A model generated the notes under the pieces. It was not told the origin of the DNA. It worked only from the letters and a program-made list of their open reading frames with translations, and made no database searches. Shown piece after piece: positions 34,631 through 45,399 of a stretch of DNA of 64,000 nucleotides. The position numbers and the translations under genes were made by a program. The stretch comes from Babesia bigemina (taxonomy: Eukaryota). Position 1 is the first letter of the stretch, and every line of letters begins with the position of its first letter. The stretch lies in the NCBI RefSeq assembly GCF_000981445.1, contig NC_027217.1, forward strand, positions 1,922,001 through 1,986,000. The letters run 5' to 3'.

Positions 34631-35689
34631 ATGCCAAATCCTGTCGAAGCTTATAGGAAGCTTCAAAAGAAGCGCGAGAAGGAGAAGGTGAGCACCTTCA
34701 GTCAGCTCATATCATCTGTTTTAGCATAGGAAAGATAGGCAGGAGGCTAGGGAGGCAGCGAAGTTAGTGCAAGACCCGGACAGACTCAAGAAGGAGCTCG
34801 ACGAACTTTCGCATAAGAGTACGGCTTATTATATCAACGATTATGGCACGTTCAGGTATCATTGGGAGAATAGACGACGTTGCTGCCGAGAGGAAGGCCA
34901 AACTGGAAAAGCTGTGGGCGAAGCATGAAACGACAATCGCCGCATCAGCACAAAACATCAGACCGCCCAGTAAGTCACATTGCACAGCCGACTACGACAT
35001 ATACGTTGTTGATTCCTATAAACGTCGATCTTGTGTGATTTTGGCGTTATAAAGTGGACGATCAGTCGCCTACAAATGGCGATACAGTTGTCCTACATCT
35101 GTTGCGTCAAACAGCATACTGAGTCACCAAAGCAAATTATTGTCTAGGCGAACCCAGCGATAAGTCTGAGTCAGACTCGAGCTCATCGGAGGATGACAGC
35201 GACTCCGACGAGGACAAGCCCAAATGCGTCATTGAAATCGCAGGAGGCACGATAATTAGCGCCAACCCAAAACGCAAAGTGAAGAAGGAAAAGCTACCGG
35301 ATGACTTTGCACTCGAGCTGCTGCAAAACGCGCCACCACTCCCTCCGAAGGAAGATTCAGTGAGTCAGGTAACTTATATTACACATATACGTTCATAACG
35401 TTACAAGCAGACAGCTGCCCCAAATAAGCGCGGAACAACGTTTCCAGATCGCGATATGCACATGAACCATGCGAAAAGGCGGCTTGACGTTCACCCACCA
35501 AAGCACATTGCAGTTAACAGAGGCATGAACGTTGCAGCACCGCCGCCGCCACCGCCACCTCCGCCTCCAAGCGCGCCACCGAAAAAACCTATCGCAATAC
35601 AAATCCCCCAAAAGGCTGATCCTCCAAAGGCAGCTGCGCCCCTGAGCTCATACTTTGTTCCCAACCAACTTAGAGTTAAGCGAAACTAA
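34631..35689 (+). CDS. WW domain-binding protein 11 (WBP11/NpwBP)-like splicing factor, multi-exon
   Basis: Exon 1 MPNPVEAYRKLQKKREKEK, a 37-nt intron at 34688-34724, then HRKDRQEAREAAKLVQDPDRLKKELDEL (Wbp11 N-domain-like); later an acidic patch, poly-Pro and FVPNQLRVKR. Confidence 0.75.
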
Positions 35690-36989
35690 CACTCTTCAGC
35701 ACGGTGTTGGACATCAGCAGACCATTATCAATGGGTTTTGCAACATGTTGGGTATTTATTTCACAATTAAACATTGTAATATGTTTCAGAATGGTATTAG
35801 AAGTATGATACAATGCCTAATGTATTTTTTGGCGGTACATACCAAGAAAGGTATAAGGTTGGGTTGCGGCATAGAGCGGGAAAACAAAAGACGTAAACGT
35901 GAAACCGACGTATATGTTGTTATAGATAACAGCTGTGAACATCTGATTAAAATGTCGAATCGTTACTGCAGCTGATCGGTGCGTCCTTCCGCCGCTTTCT
36001 ACACTCGTAACAGCGACGGTTGTTGAGGAGCCACGGACACCTTTGTGAATACAAATGTCTTATCATTGCCATGTATCGCAGAAACTGGTATCACTGTCTA
36101 AATGAGAGCTCAGTTCTACACGTTCCTTAGTGTAACGCATTTTTTGGGTGTGTTGCGTGATTGTGAACGAGTTCGCTAGTGTGTCGAAGACATGACGCCA
36201 ACCCCGACGAGTATACCCCATTGATGTGTTAATCAATATCGTCAATGCCTCCGTCGACAAAGCGGTGCATTTTTGGCTCTGACGCGATTAACCATGAATG
36301 GAACAAAAACATGCCATAAGTCTGCTTATGGTTCGCAAGACACAGGAATCTATTCACATAGTGAAACGCGTATATTGTTACGAGTTGTGGAAATTAATAA
36401 CTTGGCCAATGGGCTGCAATATGGTATGGATCTTCATCTGGTGACACCTAGAAGACACACACCGCAATGCGTGATGTGCGTTGCTTATATGAGTTCGCAA
36501 CAACAGCGTAACATCACAGCACATAATGGGCACCCATCTAACGTGGAAGTCGCTTACAGAACGCCATTTTAGTACGCAATGTAAAACCACACAAAGGGAT
36601 TCCACACATAACATACGACGACAAGGTACCATTTTGAACGCTATTGTTAACGGTGCCCCGCATAAATCTTCTTAAGTATAGGTGAGAAGCCAATTTCTTG
36701 CAAGAAGCCTGCTGGATAGGCTATATAGACAGAGTTTTACACGCGATTGTGAAGAGCGCGGAACGGCACGCTAAAGGGTGAAATACAAATATCCGTGGGC
36801 GCACACACGTAATTCGCGTAACATTAGAAAGCGGCTGTTGAGAGTATACCGTAAAACGTGACAAGCAACTGCATTCTTTTCCAACGACACTGCACCCGAA
36901 TCCACTCTACCTGCAGCGTGCAAACCCGACGCTGTGGACACTATCAGAAGCAATCCAAGTAGACTTATATTTGTGTATTCGATTTCAAA

Positions 36990-37796
36990 ATGGACGTGGC
37001 TATTAACAACCGCCTCAAGGCGCTCAGGGAGGAACTCAATCTGGAGGAAGGCGACGAGTCGGTGTACACTCACCTTCGTGAACTAATCCTCGACGGAACC
37101 GTGATAAAAACGCTAACACCTCAGGATGGAGACCTGCTCGCAAAGTTCAAGAATCTCGCGAAGCTCTCGCTCAACGGCACAGGGCTAACCTCGCTTACCA
37201 ACTTCCCCGAGATGCGCTCGCTGAAGGTGCTCGAGATGACCGACAACTACCTCACCGACACTGTCATATTCTCCATGATACCGAACCTTTTCCCCAATCT
37301 GAGTATGCTGCACCTGGGAGGGAATCACCTCAAGACAATCGAGGACGTGCACATGTTACGCCCAATGAAACACCTTGTGGCATTGGGTCTTGCTATGAAC
37401 CCGCTGGCGTCTGCCGAAAACTACAGGGAGGCAATCTTCTCTGCACTGCCTAACCTCCAGAGCCTTGACCAGGTTGACCACTCAGGGGCGGAGCGCCACG
37501 TGGATTCCGACGCCGAGTACTACGATGAAGACGAAGAAGACGACGAGGAAGAAGGAGACGACGTGCTCAAGAAGTTCTACGAGGCTGACTACAACAGTGA
37601 CGACGACCAAAACGACGAAGAGTTCGTACCAGACGATGGGCAAGAGGAGGAGGAAGATTTCTACGAGGACGAGGAGGAAGAAGAAGCCGACGATGACGAT
37701 TATGCGGAAAACGGAGATGGCACTTCGTCATCGAGCAGCAAAAGATTGAGGGAGGAGTCAGACGACGAGGCGGATCACAAGAAGGTCGCACACTAA
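36990..37796 (+). CDS. Acidic leucine-rich nuclear phosphoprotein 32 (ANP32)-like
   Basis: LRRs (LxxLxLxxNxL), LRR cap (NPL...YRE.IF..LPNL..LD), a long D/E tail and a basic C-terminal NLS-like end. Confidence 0.88.
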   Translation: MDVAINNRLKALREELNLEEGDESVYTHLRELILDGTVIKTLTPQDGDLLAKFKNLAKLSLNGTGLTSLTNFPEMRSLKVLEMTDNYLTDTVIFSMIPNLFPNLSMLHLGGNHLKTIEDVHMLRPMKHLVALGLAMNPLASAENYREAIFSALPNLQSLDQVDHSGAERHVDSDAEYYDEDEEDDEEEGDDVLKKFYEADYNSDDDQNDEEFVPDDGQEEEEDFYEDEEEEEADDDDYAENGDGTSSSSSKRLREESDDEADHKKVAH

Positions 37797-38710
37797 ACCC
37801 ATAAACACCAATGCGGCCAGAAAACACACGGCTAGGCCATTAAAAATACCCAAACGCTATTAATCGTTCTATGTGTGATTGTTAGTGCATTTTCTGGTCT
37901 TGATTAGTGACGAGTTGACGTATTGCCGCCGTATAACGTACTATAGGCTGCAGGTCATATAACGTGTCTAATAGGCAGACCGAAGCAGCATGGCGAAATA
38001 ACTGCAAATTCGAAAATTAACCGTCTCTAAGACTCAAATACTAGTAAATCAGTGGTGAATTACGAGGAATATTCGCCATGAGACGTCATACATCTGCAAC
38101 GACTCTGCCATCCAAAGACAAATATGCCACGTTAACGTGTTTTACAGAATTCCACATAATGACAAGTTGTGTGAGACATTGTAGGTGCATGTATAAGGAA
38201 CTATGCCGGAAGGAGGCTCTTATTTGTGCCATTCGACAACATGCAACGTAGATGGATCTGTAGATCATGCTTGTCTCATGATTAATATATCGCGATTGCG
38301 CTCTCACAGCATATAAACCATGCCAAACAGTTATTATAATGACACGTCTTCAAGTACACGATGGATGAAATCTGAAGGGTACAGATTGGTGGATGTGATT
38401 CGTACCCCAACGCAAACCGAGAGATGAAACAAGACATTCGCGAGACAACAGACGCTCCACAGTTTGTTCATAATAAATGCTTATACAAGCGTGGCAGCGA
38501 TGAATACATGTTTAGCGTCATACTCCGAATAGTACAGGGAAGACGGATGGATCTGCCATCTGTACAACCAAGATTTCAATGTCTACTTCGGGAGCCTCGA
38601 GCAACAACCATTATTTGACATGTTAAGTTAACAGAGATCTGTCGATCATAAATCTCAACGAATCAGTAAACGACCTAATATAGCTAAATGCTAACCAGCC
38701 CTCCGTCAAG

Positions 38711-39595
38711 ATGAAAATCCATACGTTGTCGCTCATCGCATTGACTGCCCTTTGGCATACATTTATCACTTATGCACACTGTGACGATTTAGGAAGCGCT
38801 TATGCAAGTGATGCAATCGTCGATGCTGCCCTAGAGAGTGCAATTGCTGACGCTGCAGCAGGGAGTGCGAATGCTGATGCTGCAGTACCTAAAGCGCCTG
38901 CAAATGACCCAGCGCCAGGTAAAGAACCTGCCACGGGAGCTTCAGTGGGCAATGGAATAGTCAACGGAATGTTAGGCGCAATTGCTCACGTAGATGGACC
39001 TGGATCAGTAGATGCTAACAATGCAGCGATAATGGGTGAGGCTGTAGGAGGATGGATGGCACGCGCCTTAATTAATCTAGGCGAGAAAATCTCCGACGCT
39101 ATATCGATTTCTATTCGCAGAAAGAAACTAAATGCAAAAGTTGAGGAAAGGAAAATGAAGGAGAAGGAAAGGAAGGCTAAGGAAAAAGCAAAGCAAGAAA
39201 AAGAGAAGGCAAAGGAAGAGGCAAAATTGGCTAAAGATGAGGCCGAAGAGGAGACTAAAGAAAAAGCAAAGGAGGAACAGGAGAAGGCTAAAGAAAAGCC
39301 TAAAGACGAAACAAAAACTGAAGATGACTCTGCAGAAGTGGAAAAATCGAAGCCTAAAAAGGAAGTCAAAGATCCAGCAAAGGACCTTAAGAAGGTAAGA
39401 AAAGAAAGGGTCAAGCCGAAAAAGCCAGTGAAGAAGCCTAGCCAGAAAGTAACTAAGCCGCGTAAAGAAGTTAAGAAGCCGACTGAGGAACCAAAACCGA
39501 GCGCAGAAGTAACTAAGCCGGGTAAAGAGGTGAAGACACCGAGTGAGGAATCTAAACCTAGCGCTGAAATTGTATCGCTCGACCTGATACCCTAA
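38711..39595 (+). CDS. Secreted K/E/P-rich repetitive protein, unknown function
   Basis: 294 aa; signal peptide MKIHTLSLIALTALWHTFITYAHC, Ala-rich region, KE-rich coil, then 20-aa repeats. Confidence 0.75.
   Translation: MKIHTLSLIALTALWHTFITYAHCDDLGSAYASDAIVDAALESAIADAAAGSANADAAVPKAPANDPAPGKEPATGASVGNGIVNGMLGAIAHVDGPGSVDANNAAIMGEAVGGWMARALINLGEKISDAISISIRRKKLNAKVEERKMKEKERKAKEKAKQEKEKAKEEAKLAKDEAEEETKEKAKEEQEKAKEKPKDETKTEDDSAEVEKSKPKKEVKDPAKDLKKVRKERVKPKKPVKKPSQKVTKPRKEVKKPTEEPKPSAEVTKPGKEVKTPSEESKPSAEIVSLDLIP
39434..39568 (+). repeat. In-frame 60-bp tandem repeat (~2.25 units; KPSxxVTKPxKEVKxPxEEx)
   Basis: Units start at 39434, 39494 and 39554; aagtaactaagccg recurs at 60-nt spacing. Confidence 0.85.
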
Positions 39596-40309
39596 GCGTG
39601 TCTGTATACCACAGCACTGCGCGGGTAACTAGTTAAAAGCGGTTCCACAAGCGCCTCAAATATTGACAGAGATGGCATTTATGTAAAATCGAATGGTTTG
39701 ATACATGTATAAAATTCTCTGTCCTACGTGATATATGAGGATGCACCACTTTCAAAGTTAGTATATTTGGATCAGGTAAAAATCTTGGCAACGCTTCATG
39801 GCATGAACACTGCAATCGAATTAAAATCGGCAAGGATAATAGCGCAGAGCACTCCTGTAAAACTCCACATGGATGTATCGCTTTGAGCAATCGAACCAAC
39901 ATAAGCTTCTGAATCAGAAAGCCTGAAGAAGTTGATACTGCGAAATCGGCAACACCTTTGACACAATAGGGCGGTAACAAGGAAATCGCAGCGCCATGAG
40001 ACTAGCCAAACAATACATTAATGTTTCCGTATACATTTCACGTAGTTCCGGTATAACACTTGGTAGGCTGGTTCGCCGTAAACGAACATCTACAAATTTT
40101 GATGCGAATATACCTTTTCCAGCCTCAGGTAACGCACATTGCCGTCACGTATTAATCGTCGTAACAGCTGAGATGGAAATCTAATCACGTTAAAAGAATG
40201 TGTCTGGTCAAATAGTGTCACGAATCGAAAACGACATCGAACGCGCGGCACTACCGTGAACATCACGTACCGCTTAATCCTTCGGGTCAAGTGCACTAAA
40301 TATATCAAA

Positions 40310-41219
40310 ATGGCAAAAATAGAGTATATAAGTGTGGAGGGGTTGCGGGTGGACGGGAGAAGGCCGGCGGAGGTGCGAAATATCGAAATACTCTGCGGCC
40401 CGGAATGCGGGGTGGACGTCAACAGTTACGACGGAGTCGCGCAGGTTAGACAGGGGCTTACGAAGGCTCAGGCGTTCGTAAAAGGACCAACAGACGTAAG
40501 TAAATCCATTCAGGTAATGTAAGGAATCTGCAGGTAGGACGAAACAAACAGCGCAGTCAACTGGAAACGTCAGACAGCCCGGTAGAAATACAATGCGAGG
40601 TGGTCATGCCCTGTGAGAAAAGGGTCGTAGGCAATAAAATGGACCACCAATCCGCCGATATCGCACAAACCGTGATTGCGACTTTTGAAAGGGTCGTAGT
40701 ATCGCACTTCTACAAGAACTCGGTCATACACATCTTCGTCAACGTACTTGAAAACGATGGCGGTGAGTGACTAAATTGATGTGTGTAAGCTGTACAGGTG
40801 TCAAAGCGACAGTCATCAACGCCGTGCTAGTCGCGCTGGTCCACGCGGGAATTGCAATGAGGGATCTCATCGTAGCCTGCACTGCGGCCATGCTCAACAG
40901 ACAACTGCTCATAGGTAGTATAATCGATGTGTAGAATAAACGTGCCGTAGATCCCAACCAGCTGGAATTGAACGCCTCTGTTATGGAACTGACGCTTGCT
41001 GCTTCCGTGTCAAAGGAAGAGGTGAGTCGGCACGTGTCTGAATTCACGTAATTGCAGATCATGTACCTCGATCTGAAGTCTAAACACGCCATAAAGTCAG
41101 TCGATGGCATCATTATAAAGACCATAGAAGCTTCCAAGCAGTTCAGCATCCTGGCCAAGGCGAAACTCAAACAGTACGCTAGAGATTACCTTGAGCTAAA
41201 CAGCGCCGTACACGGCTGA
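40310..41219 (+). CDS. RRP41: Exosome complex RNase PH-like subunit Rrp41, multi-exon
   Basis: GLRVDGRRPAEVR start, QGLTKA, VNVLENDGG, INAVLVALVHAGIAMRD; several ~35-40 nt GT-AG introns (e.g. 40496-40533). Confidence 0.85.
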
Positions 41220-41252
41220 ACACACCGGAGCTACTGCACTGTTTATATCGCA

Positions 41253-41450
41253 ATGAGGAACGTCCAAAGGGTTGCAGCTCCGCCAGGATATAGGTGGACC
41301 CCGCAACACTTCGTGGAGAAAATACGCGAAAAGCCCGTGGATTTCATCACTTTGTTGTTATTCATCGCCCACATACTGGGATTTTTCTGCTTGCTCATAG
41401 TGCTCAAAGTGCGGCACTCTAGGAGGAAATTATTCGCGGTATCGCATTAG
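41253..41450 (+). CDS. Putative 65-aa single-TM microprotein
   Basis: ATG in caATG context; one hydrophobic segment followed by a basic KVRHSRRK; no homology recognised. Confidence 0.4.
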   Translation: MRNVQRVAAPPGYRWTPQHFVEKIREKPVDFITLLLFIAHILGFFCLLIVLKVRHSRRKLFAVSH

Positions 41451-41808
41451 TTCGGTCTAACAAGATAACATCGCTCATAACACATATGCACGTCTTATTT
41501 CCCGGAATGTTCGTCGTAATCGGTTACGTGTGAACTGATTATCGATATGTTTTGGATTAGCGTAGTAACCGAACTAGAGTTGAGGCGCGTATAGGTGTTA
41601 GTATATAATGCCTAGTGTCTTTGACACAGTATTAGTCATCACTGCGTTTCATTTCTTTTACAGTCCACTACTCTAACTGGAAACTTGTATTCTAGTTTTT
41701 CGACTCCTCACCAGGTGCTCGTAGTGCCCCCTCTTATGCAGCTCTCCACCAGGTCGCCTGGGTTGGTGATCCGGGTCACCACATGGGTGGCGTTACTGTT
41801 TTGACATT

Positions 41809-42094
41809 TTGGTTGAATGCAGTTGTGATTCGGTAAAAATTTTGTTGATAGTTTAACACGAAATCCATGACCATGGGCGAATTGACCATCATGAAATCCC
41901 TATGGATATGTTGTGTACTTCTGTGGTATTTGACAAGATGCGTTGGCGCAATTATGTGTGATTTTGATGGGCCAGATGGATTACGTAGTGGTAATGCCAT
42001 CGTTAGCTGCCACATGGACGCCGATATTATGAACTCCGCTACTGTCATGTGTCCACGCCAAGTCGACGGTACTGAGTATGTATGGCATCCTTAA
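41809..42094 (+). pseudogene. Truncated inverted copy of the 5' end of the 6-Cys gene
   Basis: 41809-42091 is nearly identical to the reverse complement of ~8239-8521 (one V/A codon difference seen); ends with TAA where the parent has CAA after YVWHP. Confidence 0.92.
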
Positions 42095-42099
42095 CTTGT

Positions 42100-43150
42100 G
42101 CTTGACAATTCGTCTCCTTGATTGGCATCTTAATTGGCAAACTCATCTAACACTATGAAATTTCCATCACCGATGCCAATCGATGATTTCCCTCGGTGAC
42201 CTTGCCAATTGCAGAACAATATCCAACCATAGGTTAATAATGCGCTACCACACGCCGGAAACCGAACATTCTAGCCACGATAGTGGCATCGAAGGTTTAA
42301 AATTCATGCGCCTTGGATTTGACACTTAGAATATCTAGCTACTATGTTTCAGCCGTGTACACATCACATTTCACCTCTATCAAATAACGGGCGCACGCCC
42401 TTAAATCTACAGGATTGGCTCACATATGGTGCCGTTGGGACGTTTTGCATCACCCACGGTTGCATGGCTAGCTTGACAGGTAGGGTGCTGATGCCGAGAT
42501 GCATGTTGATATTACTTATGTTTCATCGACAATGTATCGAGGTACTCCATCATCCTGGGCTCAACAACTTGGTCCGTCTCATTTATACCGTGCCATACTA
42601 TGTGTTACCCTCTGGATGTCCTGTCCTCCTCTCACAAATTTTGACCTTAAGGGCGCCCCACCTTATACGTGTTGTGGCATCACTGACTCACTAAATGAAA
42701 ATGCTGACAATAGAACGACGTCGATTGCTTCGACGACCCCACGATTCAACCTAGCGTATCAGTTATTATATCTTTTAGCTTGTCATTTGCTAGATTGTCC
42801 CAGATTTTGGTGCAGTGGTGGTGTGATATATAGCGGACAATGTCCGGTACCCCGCAATCAAAAAGCCCGACAACTTCAAGGCGTAGCCAGAGTCACATAG
42901 ATGACTTATTCAGTGATGACGCTTGGTACGTTGAGATGCAAGTAATTTTCGATGTGTCTGCTTTATCCCATACCATCAGCGAACTGTGAAGCATAGTGAA
43001 TGGCCATAAATGTTCGCTGATGAGGAATATCATAATAAGTGGGACAGAAAGACATCTGGCGTTAATAATTGGATGTATAGCTACGTAGGCGTTTATTGTT
43101 GACATAATGGGGTATGCGTGGTCATTTCCCGACGTGATTGACACTGGATA
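42100..43150 (+). pseudogene. Possible decayed ves1-type fragment
   Basis: Broken frames with ves1-like words (GLKFMRLGF, LWMSCPP, LLACHL); no long ORF; resemblance only. Confidence 0.3.
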
Positions 43151-43531
43151 GAGTCCCGTCCACTATTCAACTAGCATGCCATCGTAAGATTTCAAACGTC
43201 AATACGTTTTGTCGTATGATTCTAGCATACACAGTTAAAACGTTAAATTTAAACTAAAAGTTCAGTATAACAACGACATGCGTGTTGCATGTAACATTAA
43301 CTGTAGATCTGGTCGCTACGAGCCAAAATTGTCGTTTTTGCGCCTCCACAGCCTTCCTAATCTGTGTATAAGCTGCTTTGTATATTGAAAATAGACACGT
43401 ATGCACTGGAAGGCAACAGCACTTGCGTTGTGATCATCCGCCATCAAGTCACAGCTGTATAAACACCTACCTGTACGTAGAAAATATTAAGACGTCTATA
43501 ACATTAGAATAATAGTGCGCATCATTGCAAG

Positions 43532-44317
43532 ATGGTGTACAAGTCGTTGACTGAAGCTCCTCACAACCTCAAGGAGGCTGTTGACTGGTTGATAGCTTTA
43601 AAGGGAGCCGATGCTGAAAAGAACTTGGCTGCTATGGGTGCTGCAGTTCACAAGTTTCTCGCCGATAAACCTGTTGGTAGCATGAACGTGCCAGGTCTCG
43701 AAGAAGTTAAACTTATTACTAAGGAATTCCTGAAAAATCCGGCACTTAAAGAAATGTGGCCCACACAATCGGTGCTGAGGAGGTTCAACGAGGTTATAAA
43801 TAAAGAACCAGGAACCCTATCTAGGTGGTTTGGAGATGTCTACGATAGCGATTATAAGAACGTCATACAGACCAAGGGTCTAACTCCTGTAACTATCGCA
43901 AAGAAGTTATCTAAAGCTGTAGATGGTTGTGAGAAGTTCTTGGAAGATGTAAAACACCCCGAGCAGTACGAGTCTGCTTACAGTTCAGAAGCTACTTGGG
44001 AGAAATCATGTTCGGAGAAGCCGGAAGCTTGTGCGGTGGTTTTAGTGGGGATCGCGCCAATGTTTTACGCAGGTCTGCGTTCTTTGAAGGTTGCATGCAA
44101 GGTTGCACAACTAGCTCCGAAGCTAAGGGTTTATGTGCCCTCTAGTAGCGTGGGAAGTCTACTGCTAGCTTCTGGTTACCAGGAAAAGCAATGGCCCACT
44201 GCAATGACCCCTTCATATGTCGCTACGGCGTTGAAAGATATAACTTATCAAGTGTTGGTCACATTCTACGACCTCGCTGGATTCTGGGCTTTCTATTGGG
44301 TTGGGAATCACGAATGA
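43532..44317 (+). CDS. Short VESA1-N-terminus-like protein, paralog 3
   Basis: 261 aa: MVYKSLTEAPHNLKEAVDWLIALKG, YESAYSSEATWEKSC, PEACAVVLVGIAP, YDLAGFWAFY plus a 6-aa extension. Confidence 0.85.
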   Translation: MVYKSLTEAPHNLKEAVDWLIALKGADAEKNLAAMGAAVHKFLADKPVGSMNVPGLEEVKLITKEFLKNPALKEMWPTQSVLRRFNEVINKEPGTLSRWFGDVYDSDYKNVIQTKGLTPVTIAKKLSKAVDGCEKFLEDVKHPEQYESAYSSEATWEKSCSEKPEACAVVLVGIAPMFYAGLRSLKVACKVAQLAPKLRVYVPSSSVGSLLLASGYQEKQWPTAMTPSYVATALKDITYQVLVTFYDLAGFWAFYWVGNHE

Positions 44318-45399
44318 CGTGTAATAGCGGCTACTCGAACAGATTATGAGTTTGTTTCAGCAATGCGTTGGCATCATAGGAACTCTCATGAATCATAACT
44401 GATGTATGAAATATAGAGATAGCCATAGTTATGTATACCAGCTCCACCGATTACACTGATAGTGTCACTAGACAAAACCCTGTTCTTAATGTTGATTAAA
44501 TATCCTGAATAATGCAGTTTAGCGCAACGTTCTTACAACGTCGCATCATTTCATTTTGGAACAACCGACAGAGATGGTGTGGAGACCCCGTATTCAAAAA
44601 CCACGATGTATCCCATTTTATGTATTGTCAGCTCGATGTACAATCGACATTCTGGAGTGAGACGCTGCCATACCCATTACTGATATGCGTGACACCTGTT
44701 GAGTTCAGGGCGCATTAACGCATTTTATGTTGTATTACTTAACGGCTAGATATTTTATCTTAACTACTATCGGAATGGAGATACTGTCATTTGGCCCCGA
44801 ACTACCGAACGTGATGTGCCTCGTAGGTGGCAGACCTGTGCATTCAGAAACTCCGTGAATAGTTTGCTTGATATACACCGTAGAGCGGCTGTAGCAAGCG
44901 GTGTAATAAAACCGTGTGAACTATTTCAATAACGTCCGTCAACATAACTACGTGGAACACTCAGCCGGCAACATCAATGTGACGCACAAGCGTCTTAAAC
45001 GCGAAAACTGGCCTAAGCCTAACGTAACCAGATAGCACGCTATGAAATGCCGAACCAAATGCTTAAACATTGATAACGGCACTGCCCGAGCTTAGCATGA
45101 ATCACCGGCCGAGATGACTCAATAATGGACACATCAAGGACACTCAGTATAGCGTGGCGGATAACGTTAGATGACATGGCTACAATACCTTCGTAACGTA
45201 TATACGTGTCGAGACCGCCCATAGGGCAATCTCGAGTTAACATTGCTTGAGGCTTTAATGCTGTCACAAAATCTGGTAAAATAGCAAATCGGCTTTTCAC
45301 CACCGCCTCTGCATGATGATAGGAAACACGTTTAAACGCTTTACACCTCGTAAAGTCAACGTAACCACGAGTTTGTGTCTCAGCCGCAATCAGCATTCG

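Noticed and set aside
41749..41790. Small hairpins (ccagg-tcg-cctgg, tggtga-N6-tcacca) near the 6-Cys fragment breakpoint
   Set aside because: Stems of 5-6 bp can arise by chance; no independent support.
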